From: Acidobacteriota bacterium
GTDB taxonomy: Bacteria > Acidobacteriota > Polarisedimenticolia > Polarisedimenticolales > DASRJG01
Length of the DNA stretch: 64,000 bases
NCBI GenBank assembly: GCA_032124015.1
Contig: JAQBEH010000057.1
Location: forward strand, 3,584-67,583
Reading direction: 5' to 3'
The translations under genes were made by a program, and so were the position numbers. Positions 28,039-39,101 of this stretch are shown piece after piece. The notes under the pieces were generated by a model that saw only the letters and a program-made list of their open reading frames with translations, had not been told where the DNA came from and did no database searches. The stretch's first letter is position 1. Each line of letters starts with the position of its first letter.

Positions 28039-28982
28039 GCGAGGCCCGCGCTCGCAATCGCCTCCCTGACGCGACAGGCAAGCTCCAAGGCGCGCCGCCC
28101 CGCAAGACCGTCGATCGGCGGGGGCGTTCGGGTGCGGACGGCGTGGACGAAAGCGGCCAACTCGAGGGCCAAGGGCTCGCCGTCGTCCACCGGGAGCAGC
28201 TCGTGTTGAATCGCCGGCTTCTTGTCGGAGCCGATCATCAGCCGGAATCTCTCGACCTTCCTCTCGCCCGTATCGCAGCCGAGATAGGTCCGCGCCTGGA
28301 AGACGCGGATGCGGCGGAGGCCCTCCGCTGAAATCCGGCTTGCCGTGACGTTTGCGACGCACCCCGAGGCGAAGCGGATCCGCGCGTTGGCGATGTCGAT
28401 TTTGTCCGTGAGCGCCGCGACCCCGACCGCGTCCACGCTTTTCGGCTCGGTTCCGTCAAACCACAGCAGCAGGTCGAGGTCGTGGATCATCAGATCGAGG
28501 ATGACGTCGACATCGGTCGAACGGGCCGAAAACGCCGCGAGGCGATGAATCTCGACGAACTGCGGCGCATCGACCGCGCGCGCGAGCGCAACCATGGCCG
28601 GATTGAATCGTTCGGTGTGGCCCACCATGACGAGACGGTCCGCCCGTCGGGCGGCCTCGAGGATCGCGTCGGCATCGCCGAGCGACGGTGCGATCGGCTT
28701 TTCGATCAAAACGTCGGCACCACCCGCGAGAAGGGTCTCCGCCGCCCCGCGGTGCGCGATGGTGGGCGTCGCGATACTCGCCGCCGTCACGCGCCCGACG
28801 AGCTCCGAAGCGTCGTGAAACGCCTCGCAGCCGTACTCCGCTGCGATCTGCTTCGCGCGGTCGAGGTCGTGGTCGGCGACCGCGACCAGCGTGGCCCCAG
28901 GGAGCGAGGCGTAAAGGCGCGCATGGTGACGGCCGAGGTGGCCGACCCCGACGACGCCGACCCGCACGGGTGTGGCGCTCAT
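28035..28982 (-). CDS. Gfo/Idh/MocA oxidoreductase, GnnA-like (UDP-GlcNAc 3-dehydrogenase candidate)
   Basis: GVGHLG, EKP, GHTERFNP, DLMIHDLD; translationally coupled to lpxA. Confidence 0.85.
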   Translation of the reverse strand: MSATPVRVGVVGVGHLGRHHARLYASLPGATLVAVADHDLDRAKQIAAEYGCEAFHDASELVGRVTAASIATPTIAHRGAAETLLAGGADVLIEKPIAPSLGDADAILEAARRADRLVMVGHTERFNPAMVALARAVDAPQFVEIHRLAAFSARSTDVDVILDLMIHDLDLLLWFDGTEPKSVDAVGVAALTDKIDIANARIRFASGCVANVTASRISAEGLRRIRVFQARTYLGCDTGERKVERFRLMIGSDKKPAIQHELLPVDDGEPLALELAAFVHAVRTRTPPPIDGLAGRRALELACRVREAIASAGLA

Positions 28983-29761
28983 CGAACGACTCCGCGTTGG
29001 CTCGACCTCACGAAGTCGAGGAAATAGCGGATCTCCGGGATCGAGCCCGACTCCGCGTCGACCTTGGCGATCGCCTCTTCGAGGAGCAGCTTCGACCGGA
29101 AGAGGGTCAGGTAGCACCGCTTGATCGCGTCGACCGTTTCTTTGGGGTAGCCCTTGCGCTTCAGACCGACGACGTTCACCCCGTGACCAACGGCCCGATT
29201 TCCTACGGTGAGCACCCACGGGAGCGCATCTTGCGTCACGACGGAGTAGCCCCCGACAAACGCGTGCCGCGCAATCCGACAGAACTGATGCACGCCGGAA
29301 AAAGCCCCGACCGTGGCGTCGTCGCCGACCTCCACGTGGCCGGCCAAAGTGGCCGCATTGGCGAAGACGATCCGAGAGCCGACGTTGGCGTCGTGGGCGA
29401 TGTGCGCGTAGGCCATGAAGAGGTTGTTGTCGCCGATCCGGGTGATCCCGCCACCGCCCGCGGTCCCACGGCTGACCGTGACGTACTCGCAGATCCGGTT
29501 CCCGGCGCCGATCGTGACGCTCGTCGGCTCTCCGGCGTACTTGAGATCTTGCGGCGGTCCGCCGAGGCTCGCGAACGGAGCGACGACGTTGTCCGGCCCC
29601 AAGCTGGAACGACCGTCGATAACGACATGAGAGGCCAGCCTCGTGCGGTCCCCAATGGAAACTTCGGAGCCGACGACGCAGAAGGGACCGACGAAAACGT
29701 CCTCGCCGAGCCTCGCGTCCGGATGAACGATCGCGCGCGGATCGATCCAGGCTTCGCTCAA
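28979..29761 (-). CDS. lpxA: UDP-N-acetylglucosamine acyltransferase
   Basis: Hexapeptide repeats, PQDLKY, HIAHD, LAGHV, VHQF. Confidence 0.96.
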   Translation of the reverse strand: MSEAWIDPRAIVHPDARLGEDVFVGPFCVVGSEVSIGDRTRLASHVVIDGRSSLGPDNVVAPFASLGGPPQDLKYAGEPTSVTIGAGNRICEYVTVSRGTAGGGGITRIGDNNLFMAYAHIAHDANVGSRIVFANAATLAGHVEVGDDATVGAFSGVHQFCRIARHAFVGGYSVVTQDALPWVLTVGNRAVGHGVNVVGLKRKGYPKETVDAIKRCYLTLFRSKLLLEEAIAKVDAESGSIPEIRYFLDFVRSSQRGVVR

Positions 29762-29765
29762 GGCA

Positions 29766-30203
29766 TCACCTCTCGACGAGCGCCGACATGATCTCGGCTT
29801 CGGCCACGAGTTCTCCCGCGACTTCGGCTGTGCCGCGCATCTTGCACGTCCGGGCGCGCAGCTTCAGCACTTCCATCGTGAGGCGAATCTGGTCGCCGGG
29901 AACGACCGGGCGCCGGAATCGGGCCGCGTCGATCCCCGTGAAGTAGACGAGTTTCGACGACCGGTCCGGGATATCGCTCAACAGCAAGACGGCGCCCGCC
30001 TGGGCCAACGCCTCGATGATGAGCACGCCCGGCATCACCGGGGCTCCGGGGAAATGCCCCTGAAAGAACCCCTCGTTGATCGTGACGTTCTTGATCGCCA
30101 CGATCCGCTGCTGGGGCACCAGTTCAATCACGCGATCGACCAGAAGGAACGGATACCGGTGCGGAATCCGTTCCATGATCTCGCGGATCTGGAGCGTACT
30201 CAT
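29766..30203 (-). CDS. fabZ: 3-hydroxyacyl-ACP dehydratase
   Basis: [28 protein letters not shown]. Confidence 0.97.
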   Translation of the reverse strand: MSTLQIREIMERIPHRYPFLLVDRVIELVPQQRIVAIKNVTINEGFFQGHFPGAPVMPGVLIIEALAQAGAVLLLSDIPDRSSKLVYFTGIDAARFRRPVVPGDQIRLTMEVLKLRARTCKMRGTAEVAGELVAEAEIMSALVER

Positions 30204-31252
30204 GCGTTCCCCTTTTCGCCGGCCTCGAGCGCCGCGAGTCGCTCCTCGAGCACGCGGAGTTTCGACCGGAGCTCCGGCAACATCTTGACGAGGGTGAGCG
30301 ACCTTTTCCAGCTCCGATGATCGACGGCGGGAATGCCGGCGACAAAGGCGCGGTCGGGGACGTCGGTGAACACCGCGGTTTTCGCCGCGACCACGACCCG
30401 ATCCCCCATTCTCAAATGACCCGCGGCCCCCGACTGCCCGGCCATCGTGACGTGGCTTCCGATACGCGTGCTCCCGGCGATCCCCGCTTGGCCCGCGAGC
30501 AGACCGTGCGGCCCGATGACCACACCGTGCGCGACCATCACGAGGTTGTCGATCTTCGTGCCGCGGCCGATCCTGGTCTCGCCGAGCGTGCCTCGATCGA
30601 CCGTGCTGTTCGCCCCGATCTCGACGTCGTCCTCGATGACCACGCGGCCGAGCTGGGGCACCTTCCGGTGCGTCCCGGCCGTCGTTGCGAAACCGAAACC
30701 GTCTCCGCCGAGGACGACGCCCGCGTGAATCACACACCGGGCCCCGACGCGGGTTCCCGGGTACAGCACCACGCGGGGCATGAGGACCGTGTCCGCCCCG
30801 ATCGTCGATCCCTCCCCGATCACGACGCCCGCGCCGACGACGACGCGGTCATCGAGACGGACTCCTGCGCCCACGACGGCAAAGGGACCGATCGCGACGT
30901 CCACCCCGACCGCGGCCCCCGGAAAAACGCGAGCATCCGCCGAAACACCGGGATCCGGCCGCCGCACGGGGTGCATCCGGTCGAGGATCTCGGCCAGAGC
31001 GAGGTAGGGATCGGGGGCCACCAGAAGATCCCGTCCTTCGATCCCGGAGTCGGGGCCGACGAGAATCGCGCCGGCCCGAGACTGCTGGAGATACGGCCGA
31101 TATCGCGGGTTGGTGAGGAAGGACAAATCGTCCGGGGTCGCTTCCTCGAGAGTGGCCACGCCGAACACGCGACGGCCCGCGTCGCCGTCGACGCGGCCGG
31201 AGACGGCGCTCGCCAGTTCCGAGAGAAGCCAACCCTCCTTCACGCGCTTCAC
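30200..31252 (-). CDS. lpxD: UDP-3-O-acylglucosamine N-acyltransferase
   Basis: [28 protein letters not shown]. Start is uncertain (31252 or 31243). Confidence 0.95.
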   Translation of the reverse strand: MKRVKEGWLLSELASAVSGRVDGDAGRRVFGVATLEEATPDDLSFLTNPRYRPYLQQSRAGAILVGPDSGIEGRDLLVAPDPYLALAEILDRMHPVRRPDPGVSADARVFPGAAVGVDVAIGPFAVVGAGVRLDDRVVVGAGVVIGEGSTIGADTVLMPRVVLYPGTRVGARCVIHAGVVLGGDGFGFATTAGTHRKVPQLGRVVIEDDVEIGANSTVDRGTLGETRIGRGTKIDNLVMVAHGVVIGPHGLLAGQAGIAGSTRIGSHVTMAGQSGAAGHLRMGDRVVVAAKTAVFTDVPDRAFVAGIPAVDHRSWKRSLTLVKMLPELRSKLRVLEERLAALEAGEKGNA

Positions 31253-31262
31253 TCCGCTCGGA

Positions 31263-31838
31263 TCAGGGATTCTTGGCCGGCGGCTTCGCGGCGGCAGGAG
31301 CATCGGTCGGCGGCGGCTTCACGATCTCGTTGAACTTGTCCACGATCGCGGTGGTCACGTCGATCGACTCCGAGGCGAAAGCCACGCCCCCGGTCGATCG
31401 CTCGAGGACCAGGGTGAACCCCTCGTCGCGACCGAACTGATTGATGACGCGAATCAGTTGATCCTGGAACTTGTTCTGCGCCTCGCTCACTTCGACCTGG
31501 AATTCGCTCCGCGCGGACTCTTGGGCCTGCTGGAGTTCGAGCCCCTTCCGCTGGAGGTCCTTTTGCATCTGCTGCAGCTTCTCGGGTGAGAGGGAGAGGT
31601 TTTGCGAATCCAACTGCGCGCGGATGTCGTTGATCTCCTTGTCCTTCGCCGCCAGTTCGGCCTTCTTTTTGTCGCCGAAGGCCGAGAGTTTTGCTGCGAT
31701 CTTCTTGCCCTCATCGGTCTCCTCCGACACGCGATTCGCGTCGAAGACGCCGATCTTGAACGCGGGTGTGGCTTGGGCCCACAGGGGGATGATCGCGGCC
31801 ATGAGGGTCGCTGCAAGAATGCTGAGAATGCGTTTCAT
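31263..31838 (-). CDS. skp: OmpH/Skp periplasmic chaperone
   Basis: AGGAG RBS, signal peptide, KIGVFD, coiled coil, IDVT; located between bamA and lpxD. Confidence 0.9.
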   Translation of the reverse strand: MKRILSILAATLMAAIIPLWAQATPAFKIGVFDANRVSEETDEGKKIAAKLSAFGDKKKAELAAKDKEINDIRAQLDSQNLSLSPEKLQQMQKDLQRKGLELQQAQESARSEFQVEVSEAQNKFQDQLIRVINQFGRDEGFTLVLERSTGGVAFASESIDVTTAIVDKFNEIVKPPPTDAPAAAKPPAKNP

Positions 31839-31867
31839 GGTGCTCCTTTCGTCGAGGTGATGGTCCA

Positions 31868-34474
31868 TTAGAAACTGCGCCCGATAGAGAAGGCAAACGA
31901 ACTGGTCCGGTCTTCGGGCAGCTGCCGGAGAGGCCAACCGTAGATCAAACGGAGGGGAACGGGAAACACGGGAAGAAAAAATCGGAGCTCGATGCCCGCC
32001 GACGCGCGGTAGTCCGCAAGGCCCCAGGGCGTGTCCTCGTAGAGCGCGTTACCGGTGTCGAGGAAGAACGAGAGCTCGACGGGTGAATTGAAGGGGATCG
32101 TGTACTCGACCATCGCGAGCCAATACCGGTCGCCGCCCAGCGCCACGAGATCGAACTGGTTGAGAACCCCGTCGCCGTTGAGATCGAAATCGCGCACCGG
32201 CCGCCCCGCCGGATCGCTCGTCGCCTCGATCACCTCCCCGGACGAACTGAGGCGAACGTAGCGGAGCGGAGACACGTCGCGGGTTTGGAACACGCGCGGA
32301 CCGTACGACTCCCCTCCGAGCCAGAATCGGCTGAAGCGCGGGACCCCATTCACGTTGGCGGCGCTCGGCACGCTTCCGCCAGCCCAGGTCTTGACGGCGC
32401 CGATTTCCCCGTGGAAAGCTAAAAACGTCTTCTTCCATACGCGCAAGTACTTGGTGCCGACCAGGCGAGGCTTCAGGTACGACGTGTCGCCTCCCAAGGG
32501 TCCGCCGGCGATCTCCAGGTCGGCCAGAAGCGACCATCCCGCGCTCGGCCGGTAGGGGTTGTTGATGCCGTTCCGGAACCAGGAGGGCGTGATCTTCGAA
32601 ATCGTGTTCTTCGCAACGACGGATTGCAATTGCGTTTGCGTGCCGGGGATGGTCGCGAATCCGACCTGCGGCGCCAGGCCGTTCGATTGGACCCTTTGAA
32701 AGTCGTAACGGAGCTGCACCGACTGGAAGTAGCCGATTTGTCGTCCGATCACGACGCCGAATCCGCGGGACTGGCTGCGCTGTGCCGCTCCGTAGTCTTG
32801 ATTGCCGCGGAAGATCGAAAACCCCAAGGTATAGGGACGGTTGAGAAACCACGGTTCCTGGAAGGCGATCTGGTAGAGGTTGCGACGCCCCCCCAACTGA
32901 AGCGACAGTGACAGCACCTGTCCGCGCCCGAGGAAGTTTTTCGTCGCATACAGTCCGGTGAAAAACGCGCCGTCGGTGCCGCTGTACCCGCCGCCGACCT
33001 GGATCTCGTTGCGTCCCTTTTCCTCGCCGGCCACGTTGATCAAAACCCTGTTCGTCCCCTCGACCGGCTGGATGGCCATGTCCTCGGGCTTGACCTCGAA
33101 GTAGCCGAGCTGGTTGATCTTGCCGACCGAAAGGTCGAGCGAACTTCGGCTGAAGAGGGCGACTTCGTTGAGGCGGAACTCGCGGCGCAGCACCTTGTCC
33201 TGAGTCGCCGTATTGCCACTGAATTCGATCCGGCCGACGTAGTAGGGCTTGTCCTCGTTGACGATGAACCGGACGTCGGCGACCGGCTCATCGGGACGTC
33301 GATCGATCTCGCGACGCACCGTCGCGTAGGCGTACCCTTTGTCTTCGTAGCGCCGCTGCATGCGCTTGACGCCGAGATCGAGCAGCGAGCTATTGACCAC
33401 CCAGCCCGGCTTGAGGAAAACGTCCGCAAGGACCTCTTTTTCTGTGAACACGGTGCTTCCCGAGACCGACATCGTTCCGAGCTTGTACTGAGGCCCCTCG
33501 ACGATCGTCACGGTGAGGTAGGCCCAACGCGTGGCCGTAGGCGCGGTCTTGATCGCCGCCTGTTCGGCCGCCATTTGCGCCTTGTCCGCCTTCAACCGCT
33601 GCTTCGCCGTCATCGTCGCGGGATCCTTGGGGGAGGCTGGGGCGGGCGGCGGAGGCGGAGCTTTCTTCGTTTTCTTGGGTTGGGCCGGTTTGACAACATT
33701 GAGTTCGACGACCGGGGGGCGCAGATCGACGTCGAGATAGCCGCCGTCCAAGTACAAATCGCGGATGTGGCTCGAGTCGAGGTCCCATTTCGCAGGGTGG
33801 TACAGGGCCTTCTGGCTCCAGAACTTCCACCAGTGGTAGGGCGCCGTGAGTTGTAGCTGCTTCAGCAGGACCTTCGACTTGTAAACCTTGTTCCCAACGA
33901 AGGAGATCTTCTTGATTTTCGTCTTGCCGCCTGGGTTGATCTTGAATGTGATGGACACCGTCGACTGGGTGGGCGTGTCGATCGTGTGTCCGACCACGGG
34001 GTCGAGAAAGCCCTTCTGGCCGAGCATCACGCGAAGCTCGGACTCGGCATCGGCGACGGCCTTCAGGTTGAGAGGTTTTCCGATATCGAGCAGGATCTTT
34101 TTTTCTTTGAGTCCTTCCTCGATCGTCGTCCGGGTCAAGACCTTGTTGTCCTGATACGTGACCGAGACGAGGCTCGGACGCTCCTTCACCTTCACGATGA
34201 GAACCTCCCCCCCCTGGGGGCCGGTTTCCGCTTCCACCGTGATGTCGTCGAAGATGCCCAGCGCCCAAAGGCGCTTGTACGCCGCCTTGACGCGCGCGGG
34301 GTCGTAGGGATCGCCGGCCCGAATCCCGAACGCATGGGCGAACGCCTCGTTCGTCATGCGAACAAGTCCCTGCACCTGAACGCTTTCGATCGTTTCCGTT
34401 TGCCCATGGGCCGCGGAAACCGCGAGAGCGATCCAGACGGCGGCGATTGCGGTCTTGACGATGCGAAGACTCAT
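31868..34474 (-). CDS. bamA: Outer membrane protein assembly factor BamA
   Basis: Five POTRA-like repeats (GNTATQDKVLRRE), NFLGRGQ, C-terminal FSIGRSF. Confidence 0.95.
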   Translation of the reverse strand: MSLRIVKTAIAAVWIALAVSAAHGQTETIESVQVQGLVRMTNEAFAHAFGIRAGDPYDPARVKAAYKRLWALGIFDDITVEAETGPQGGEVLIVKVKERPSLVSVTYQDNKVLTRTTIEEGLKEKKILLDIGKPLNLKAVADAESELRVMLGQKGFLDPVVGHTIDTPTQSTVSITFKINPGGKTKIKKISFVGNKVYKSKVLLKQLQLTAPYHWWKFWSQKALYHPAKWDLDSSHIRDLYLDGGYLDVDLRPPVVELNVVKPAQPKKTKKAPPPPPAPASPKDPATMTAKQRLKADKAQMAAEQAAIKTAPTATRWAYLTVTIVEGPQYKLGTMSVSGSTVFTEKEVLADVFLKPGWVVNSSLLDLGVKRMQRRYEDKGYAYATVRREIDRRPDEPVADVRFIVNEDKPYYVGRIEFSGNTATQDKVLRREFRLNEVALFSRSSLDLSVGKINQLGYFEVKPEDMAIQPVEGTNRVLINVAGEEKGRNEIQVGGGYSGTDGAFFTGLYATKNFLGRGQVLSLSLQLGGRRNLYQIAFQEPWFLNRPYTLGFSIFRGNQDYGAAQRSQSRGFGVVIGRQIGYFQSVQLRYDFQRVQSNGLAPQVGFATIPGTQTQLQSVVAKNTISKITPSWFRNGINNPYRPSAGWSLLADLEIAGGPLGGDTSYLKPRLVGTKYLRVWKKTFLAFHGEIGAVKTWAGGSVPSAANVNGVPRFSRFWLGGESYGPRVFQTRDVSPLRYVRLSSSGEVIEATSDPAGRPVRDFDLNGDGVLNQFDLVALGGDRYWLAMVEYTIPFNSPVELSFFLDTGNALYEDTPWGLADYRASAGIELRFFLPVFPVPLRLIYGWPLRQLPEDRTSSFAFSIGRSF

Positions 34475-34655
34475 TCCGTCGTCGGCGCTCCGCCCCTCAC
34501 CGACCCGTTCGGCGTTGTTCCGGCACCGCGGACGGTTCTCCGGATCGAAAAGGCGACGTATTCTACTTCGGGCGGTGGGTGCGCGCCCGTCGGGATTCGA
34601 CGGCCGCTGCGAGAATCACGCGGGGCGCGAGACGCGGAAAGGCCGCCTTGCACCC

Positions 34656-37082
34656 CTAGGGGGTGGCCGCCTGCAGGGCCGAACGGAAACCGGGCCGGTC
34701 CCCATCCATGAAGATCTCGATCGGGCACCCCAACTGGATGGTGCCCCGGATGAGGGACTCCGAAAGGGGGTCTTCGATATGGCGCTGGATCGCCCGCCGC
34801 AGCGGCCGGGCCCCGTAGGACCTGTCCGTGCAGGTCGTGCGAACGAGCCACTCGCAAACTTCCTCCGCCACGACGAGTTCGACGTTTCGGTCCACGAGGG
34901 TCGCGTTGACGCCGCGCAGCAAGATACGGACGACTTTCTGAAGCTGATCCTCGGTCAGGGCGTCGAAGACGATCACCTCGTCGATTCGATTCAAGAATTC
35001 GGGCGAAAGCGTCCTGCGCACCTCCCCCATGACCAGCTCGCGTCGGTCCTTGAACTGTTGGTTCCGCTCCGCGCTTTGGAATCCGAGCTTTCCGGACGTC
35101 CGCGCGACGTGTTGCGATCCGATATTGGAGGTCATGACGATGATGGTGTTCTTGAAGTCCACCACCTCGCCGTAGGCGTCCGTGAGCATGCCGTCTTCGA
35201 GGACCTGGAGGAGGATATTCAGGATGTCCGGGTGCGCCTTTTCGATCTCGTCAAGGAGGATCAAGCTGTACGGCTTGCGCTTGATCCGTTCGGTCAACTG
35301 GCCGCCTTCTTCGTGGCCGACGTACCCCGGAGGGGAGCCGATCATCTTGGCGATCGCGTGTTTTTCCATGTACTCCGACATGTCGAACCGCAACAACGAT
35401 TTTTCCGAACCGAAGAGGAACTCGGCGAGCGTTCGGGCGACTTCGGTTTTCCCGACGCCGGTAGGACCGAGAAAAATGAACGAGCCGATCGGCCGGTTCG
35501 GGCTCTTGAGCCCGGCGCGCGAGCGCCGGATCGCCCGTGCCAACGCGGAAATCGACTCTTCCTGGCCGACGATGCGCTCGTGGAGGTACTTCTCCATGTG
35601 GAGGAGCTTGTCCATGTCTTCCTGCGCCACCGATTGAATCGGGACGCCGGTCCAGCGCGCGATGACCTCTTCAACGTCCGCGCGGGTCACGTCGAGGATC
35701 CGGTTCGCCTCGTCCTCGTAGCGTTGCTTGAGCTCCTCGTGCCGCCGGCGGAGTGTGACCTCTTTGTCGTGGTATGCGACCGCCTCGTCGAAATCCTTCC
35801 GCGCGAGGGCGTTTTTCATCCCCTCGACCGCGCGCCGCAGCTCCTGCTCGACCTTTTTGATCTCTCCGTAGGAGATCCGCTTGCCGAGCTTGACGCGGGC
35901 GCCTGCCTCATCCAAAACGTCGATCGCCTTGTCCGGCAAGAACCGATCCGTGATGTACCGGTTCGACTGATAGACCGAAGCCCGGATCGCTTCTCCATCG
36001 AAGCGAACTCCGTGAAAGCGTTCGTAGCGCTCCTTGACTCCTTCGAGGATCGCCATCGTCTCGACTTCGTCCGGCGGACGAATCGTGATCGGCTGGAACC
36101 GCCGGACCAGCGCGCGGTCCTTCTCGATGTACTTGTGGTAATCGCGCGGGGTCGTCGCGCCGATGCACTGCACTTCCCCTCGCGAGAGCGTCGGCTTGAG
36201 GATGTTCGCGGCATCGAGCGAGCCTTCGGCGGATCCGGCGCCGATCAACGAGTGGATCTCGTCGATGAAGACCATCACGTCGTCCGCGGACGTCAACTCC
36301 GAGATGATCCCCTTCAGGCGCTCCTCGAATTGCCCGCGGTATTTGGTTCCGGCGACGACGAGCGACAGGTCGAGCGCCAGGATGCGCTTGTTCAGGAGCG
36401 ACGGCGGGACCTCGCCGTCCACGATCCGCGTTGCCAGGCCCTCGACGATCGCGGTCTTCCCGACGCCCGGCTCGCCCAAGAGAACCGGGTTGTTCTTGCG
36501 ACGGCGCGAGAGGATCTGAACCACGCGCTCGAGCTCGACCTCACGGCCGATCAGGGGGTCGAACACCCGGCGCTGCGCCATTTCCGAAAGGTCGCGCGCG
36601 AACTCGTTGAGGAAGGGGGTTTCCTTCTTCTTCTTCGGCAGGGCTCGACGCTTGTAGATGTTGACCGCATCCTCGCGCACCGCGAACAGCCGCATACCGC
36701 GCTCGGCGAGCATCCGACCGGCGACCGAGTCTTCGAGCCGGAGCAGGCCCAACAGCAGGTGTTCCGTCCCGATGTGAGGGTGCATGAGGCGCTCGGCTTC
36801 TTCTTCGGCGAACTGGAGCGCCTTTTTCGTCTCGTCGCTGAAAGGAATCTCGACGGAGGTCGACAGCTTCTCGCGCGGTGGATTCCTCCTTTCGAGTTCG
36901 GCCTGGAGGAGATCCATCGAGACGTTCGCGCGCGTGAACAACTCCCGCGTGGTTTCTTCGCCTTCTTTCAGGAGGCCGAGCAGGATGTGCTCGGTCCCGA
37001 TGACCTTGCTCCCCTGCTGAGAAGCCTCGTACCGCGCCAGAAAGAGGATTCTCTTGGCCTTTTCCGTGAACTTCTCGAACAT
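34656..37082 (-). CDS. clpC: ClpC/ClpA-type ATP-dependent Clp protease ATPase subunit
   Basis: MFEKFT Clp-[20 protein letters not shown]-like middle domain, LGF ClpP-docking tripeptide. Confidence 0.92.
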   Translation of the reverse strand: MFEKFTEKAKRILFLARYEASQQGSKVIGTEHILLGLLKEGEETTRELFTRANVSMDLLQAELERRNPPREKLSTSVEIPFSDETKKALQFAEEEAERLMHPHIGTEHLLLGLLRLEDSVAGRMLAERGMRLFAVREDAVNIYKRRALPKKKKETPFLNEFARDLSEMAQRRVFDPLIGREVELERVVQILSRRRKNNPVLLGEPGVGKTAIVEGLATRIVDGEVPPSLLNKRILALDLSLVVAGTKYRGQFEERLKGIISELTSADDVMVFIDEIHSLIGAGSAEGSLDAANILKPTLSRGEVQCIGATTPRDYHKYIEKDRALVRRFQPITIRPPDEVETMAILEGVKERYERFHGVRFDGEAIRASVYQSNRYITDRFLPDKAIDVLDEAGARVKLGKRISYGEIKKVEQELRRAVEGMKNALARKDFDEAVAYHDKEVTLRRRHEELKQRYEDEANRILDVTRADVEEVIARWTGVPIQSVAQEDMDKLLHMEKYLHERIVGQEESISALARAIRRSRAGLKSPNRPIGSFIFLGPTGVGKTEVARTLAEFLFGSEKSLLRFDMSEYMEKHAIAKMIGSPPGYVGHEEGGQLTERIKRKPYSLILLDEIEKAHPDILNILLQVLEDGMLTDAYGEVVDFKNTIIVMTSNIGSQHVARTSGKLGFQSAERNQQFKDRRELVMGEVRRTLSPEFLNRIDEVIVFDALTEDQLQKVVRILLRGVNATLVDRNVELVVAEEVCEWLVRTTCTDRSYGARPLRRAIQRHIEDPLSESLIRGTIQLGCPIEIFMDGDRPGFRSALQAATP

Positions 37083-37119
37083 CGGTCACCCCGCGCCGGG
37101 CCCCCCCGGAACTTGAGTT

Positions 37120-37857
37120 CTACCGCACGCCGCCCTCTTTCGCTTCCCCGCCGCTGAAATAACGCAGGGCCTCGCCCTCGGCCATCGGGCGCAGCCGCCC
37201 TTCGGTGAGTCGCAGCATGCGATCGCATCCGTGGGCGACTCGGCCGCTGTGCGTGGCGACGATCAATGCGAATCCCCGTTCGTGCTGGAGTTCCCTCAAT
37301 AACTCGAAAACCGAAGCGCCGGTCGCCGGATCCAGGTTGCCCGTGGGCTCGTCCGCGAGCACCACGGCGGGCCCGGCGGCCACCGCCCGCGCGATCGCGA
37401 CCCGCTGCTGCTCGCCTCCGGAGAGTGCCCCCGGGCGGTGGGTCAATCGATCCGCGAGGCCGAGCCGCATCAGCATCTCCCTGGCCGGCCCCGAGGGGTC
37501 TCCCGGCCGCCTCCCGATCCGGAACGGCATCTCGACGTTTTCGAGCGCCGTGAACTCCGGGAGCAGGTGGTGGAATTGGAATATAAAGCCCACATGGCGA
37601 TTGCGGTACTCCGACAAGTCGCCCGCCTTCGGGGTGACCATCTCGCGGCCCGAAAAGGCGACGACGCCGGCGTCGGGGAGGTCCAAACCCCCGAGGATAT
37701 GTAGGAGAGTCGACTTCCCCACCCCGGAATCGCCCACGATCGAGACGGACTCCCCGGCGGTCACTGCGAGGTCGAGCCCTTCCAAGACTTCGAGAACGCG
37801 CTCCCCGCTCCGGTAGCGCTTGACCAGGCCGCGCGCCGCGAGCACCGGCTCACTCAT
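37120..37857 (-). CDS. lolD: Lipoprotein-releasing ABC transporter ATPase
   Basis: GDSGVGKS, FQFHHLLPEF, LSGGEQQR, DEPTGNLD. Confidence 0.92.
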   Translation of the reverse strand: MSEPVLAARGLVKRYRSGERVLEVLEGLDLAVTAGESVSIVGDSGVGKSTLLHILGGLDLPDAGVVAFSGREMVTPKAGDLSEYRNRHVGFIFQFHHLLPEFTALENVEMPFRIGRRPGDPSGPAREMLMRLGLADRLTHRPGALSGGEQQRVAIARAVAAGPAVVLADEPTGNLDPATGASVFELLRELQHERGFALIVATHSGRVAHGCDRMLRLTEGRLRPMAEGEALRYFSGGEAKEGGVR

Positions 37858-39094
37858 GGCGGATCGCCTCGACCGGCTTGAGTCGCGCCGCCTTGAAGGC
37901 CGGATAGATCGTCGCGCAAAAGGCGATCACCAGCGCCGACAGCCCCACGATCACGACGTTGCCGGGGTGGTTCGCGAAGGGCACGTAGGAGATGAAATAG
38001 ACGTCCGGATCCAGCCTCATCACGCGGTAGGTATCGAGCCAATACGCCAACCCCGATCCGAGCGCCAAACCGATGGAGGTACCCACCAGGCCGATCACGA
38101 TGCCTTGCAGCATGAAAACCGCCGCGATCCCAACGGGGCGGGCTCCCATCGCCGTCAACGTTCCGATCTCCTTGACCTTGTCGTTGACCATCAGGACCAG
38201 GGTGGAGACGATATTGAGCGACGCCACGACCACGATCAGCCCGATGGCGAGGAAGAGGAACAGCTTTTCGGTTTCGAACGCCTTGAAGATCTCCTTGTTC
38301 TGCTCGAGGAGATCGAGCACGACGAAGCGCTCGCCCATCGCACGCGCGACGACGGCCTTCATCGCCCGAAGCTCGCCCGGATCGGTCAAACGCAACTCAA
38401 CCCATGACGCTCGCCCGGGCGTATCCAGAAGCCGCCTGGCGACGTCGAGGGCGATGTAGGCCCGCTGGGAATCCTGCGGATAGGCGTCGGTCTTGACGAT
38501 CCCCGCGACTTCCAAAACCAGGCTCCGCGGAATCGGGGCAAACGGCGTCAGCCGGACCTTCGGGACGAGCATGCGCACCAAATCACCCGGGCTCACCGCC
38601 ATGCGCGCCGCCAGATCGGCGCCCAAGACAATCCCCGGCCGGCCGCTCTCGCCGGGCTTCTTCAGCCCCGCCATCGGCGTTCTTCCGGCCCCCACGCCGA
38701 AATCGACGACCTGGCCTTGAAGCTCGGGGTCAACGCCATAGATCTCCGCGTACGCCGGCGACCCGAGACCGTCGTTCATGATCATCGCCGGCGAGAAGAG
38801 CACGGGGGTCGCGGCCGCGACGCCCGGAACCGCGCGAACCTTCGCGAGCACGCGTTCCGAGTCGTCGAAGCCGGATTCCGCTTGCTCGATGATCTGCAGG
38901 TGGGCGCTTCCGCGAAGGATGCGCTGCCTCATGTCTTCCTCGAACCCCGTCATCAGAGCGAGCGCAATGACGAGGGCCGCGGTGCCGACGGCGACACCGC
39001 CGACCGAGATCATGGTGATCACCGAAAGAAACGTCCGGCCGCGGTGCACCCGAAGGTAGCGAAAGGCCAGCAAGAGCTCGTACGGAGCGTTCAC
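37850..39094 (-). CDS. Lipoprotein-releasing ABC transporter permease LolC/E
   Basis: LAFRYLR, GVAVGTAALVIALALMTGF, ASLNIVSTL, PVEAIRHE. Confidence 0.92.
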   Translation of the reverse strand: MNAPYELLLAFRYLRVHRGRTFLSVITMISVGGVAVGTAALVIALALMTGFEEDMRQRILRGSAHLQIIEQAESGFDDSERVLAKVRAVPGVAAATPVLFSPAMIMNDGLGSPAYAEIYGVDPELQGQVVDFGVGAGRTPMAGLKKPGESGRPGIVLGADLAARMAVSPGDLVRMLVPKVRLTPFAPIPRSLVLEVAGIVKTDAYPQDSQRAYIALDVARRLLDTPGRASWVELRLTDPGELRAMKAVVARAMGERFVVLDLLEQNKEIFKAFETEKLFLFLAIGLIVVVASLNIVSTLVLMVNDKVKEIGTLTAMGARPVGIAAVFMLQGIVIGLVGTSIGLALGSGLAYWLDTYRVMRLDPDVYFISYVPFANHPGNVVIVGLSALVIAFCATIYPAFKAARLKPVEAIRHE

Positions 39095-39101
39095 GGCCGT
39101 T

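Noticed and set aside
34471-34857. Alternative-frame ORF overlapping the clpC end whose stop overlaps the bamA ATG (possible frameshift extension)
   Set aside because: clpC ends normally, I saw no slippery site, the peptide is low-complexity, and a separate TAGAAT -10 exists for bamA near 34560-34565.
34455-37157. 900-aa antisense ORF opposite clpC
   Set aside because: Mirror frame of a conserved gene; typical shadow ORF.
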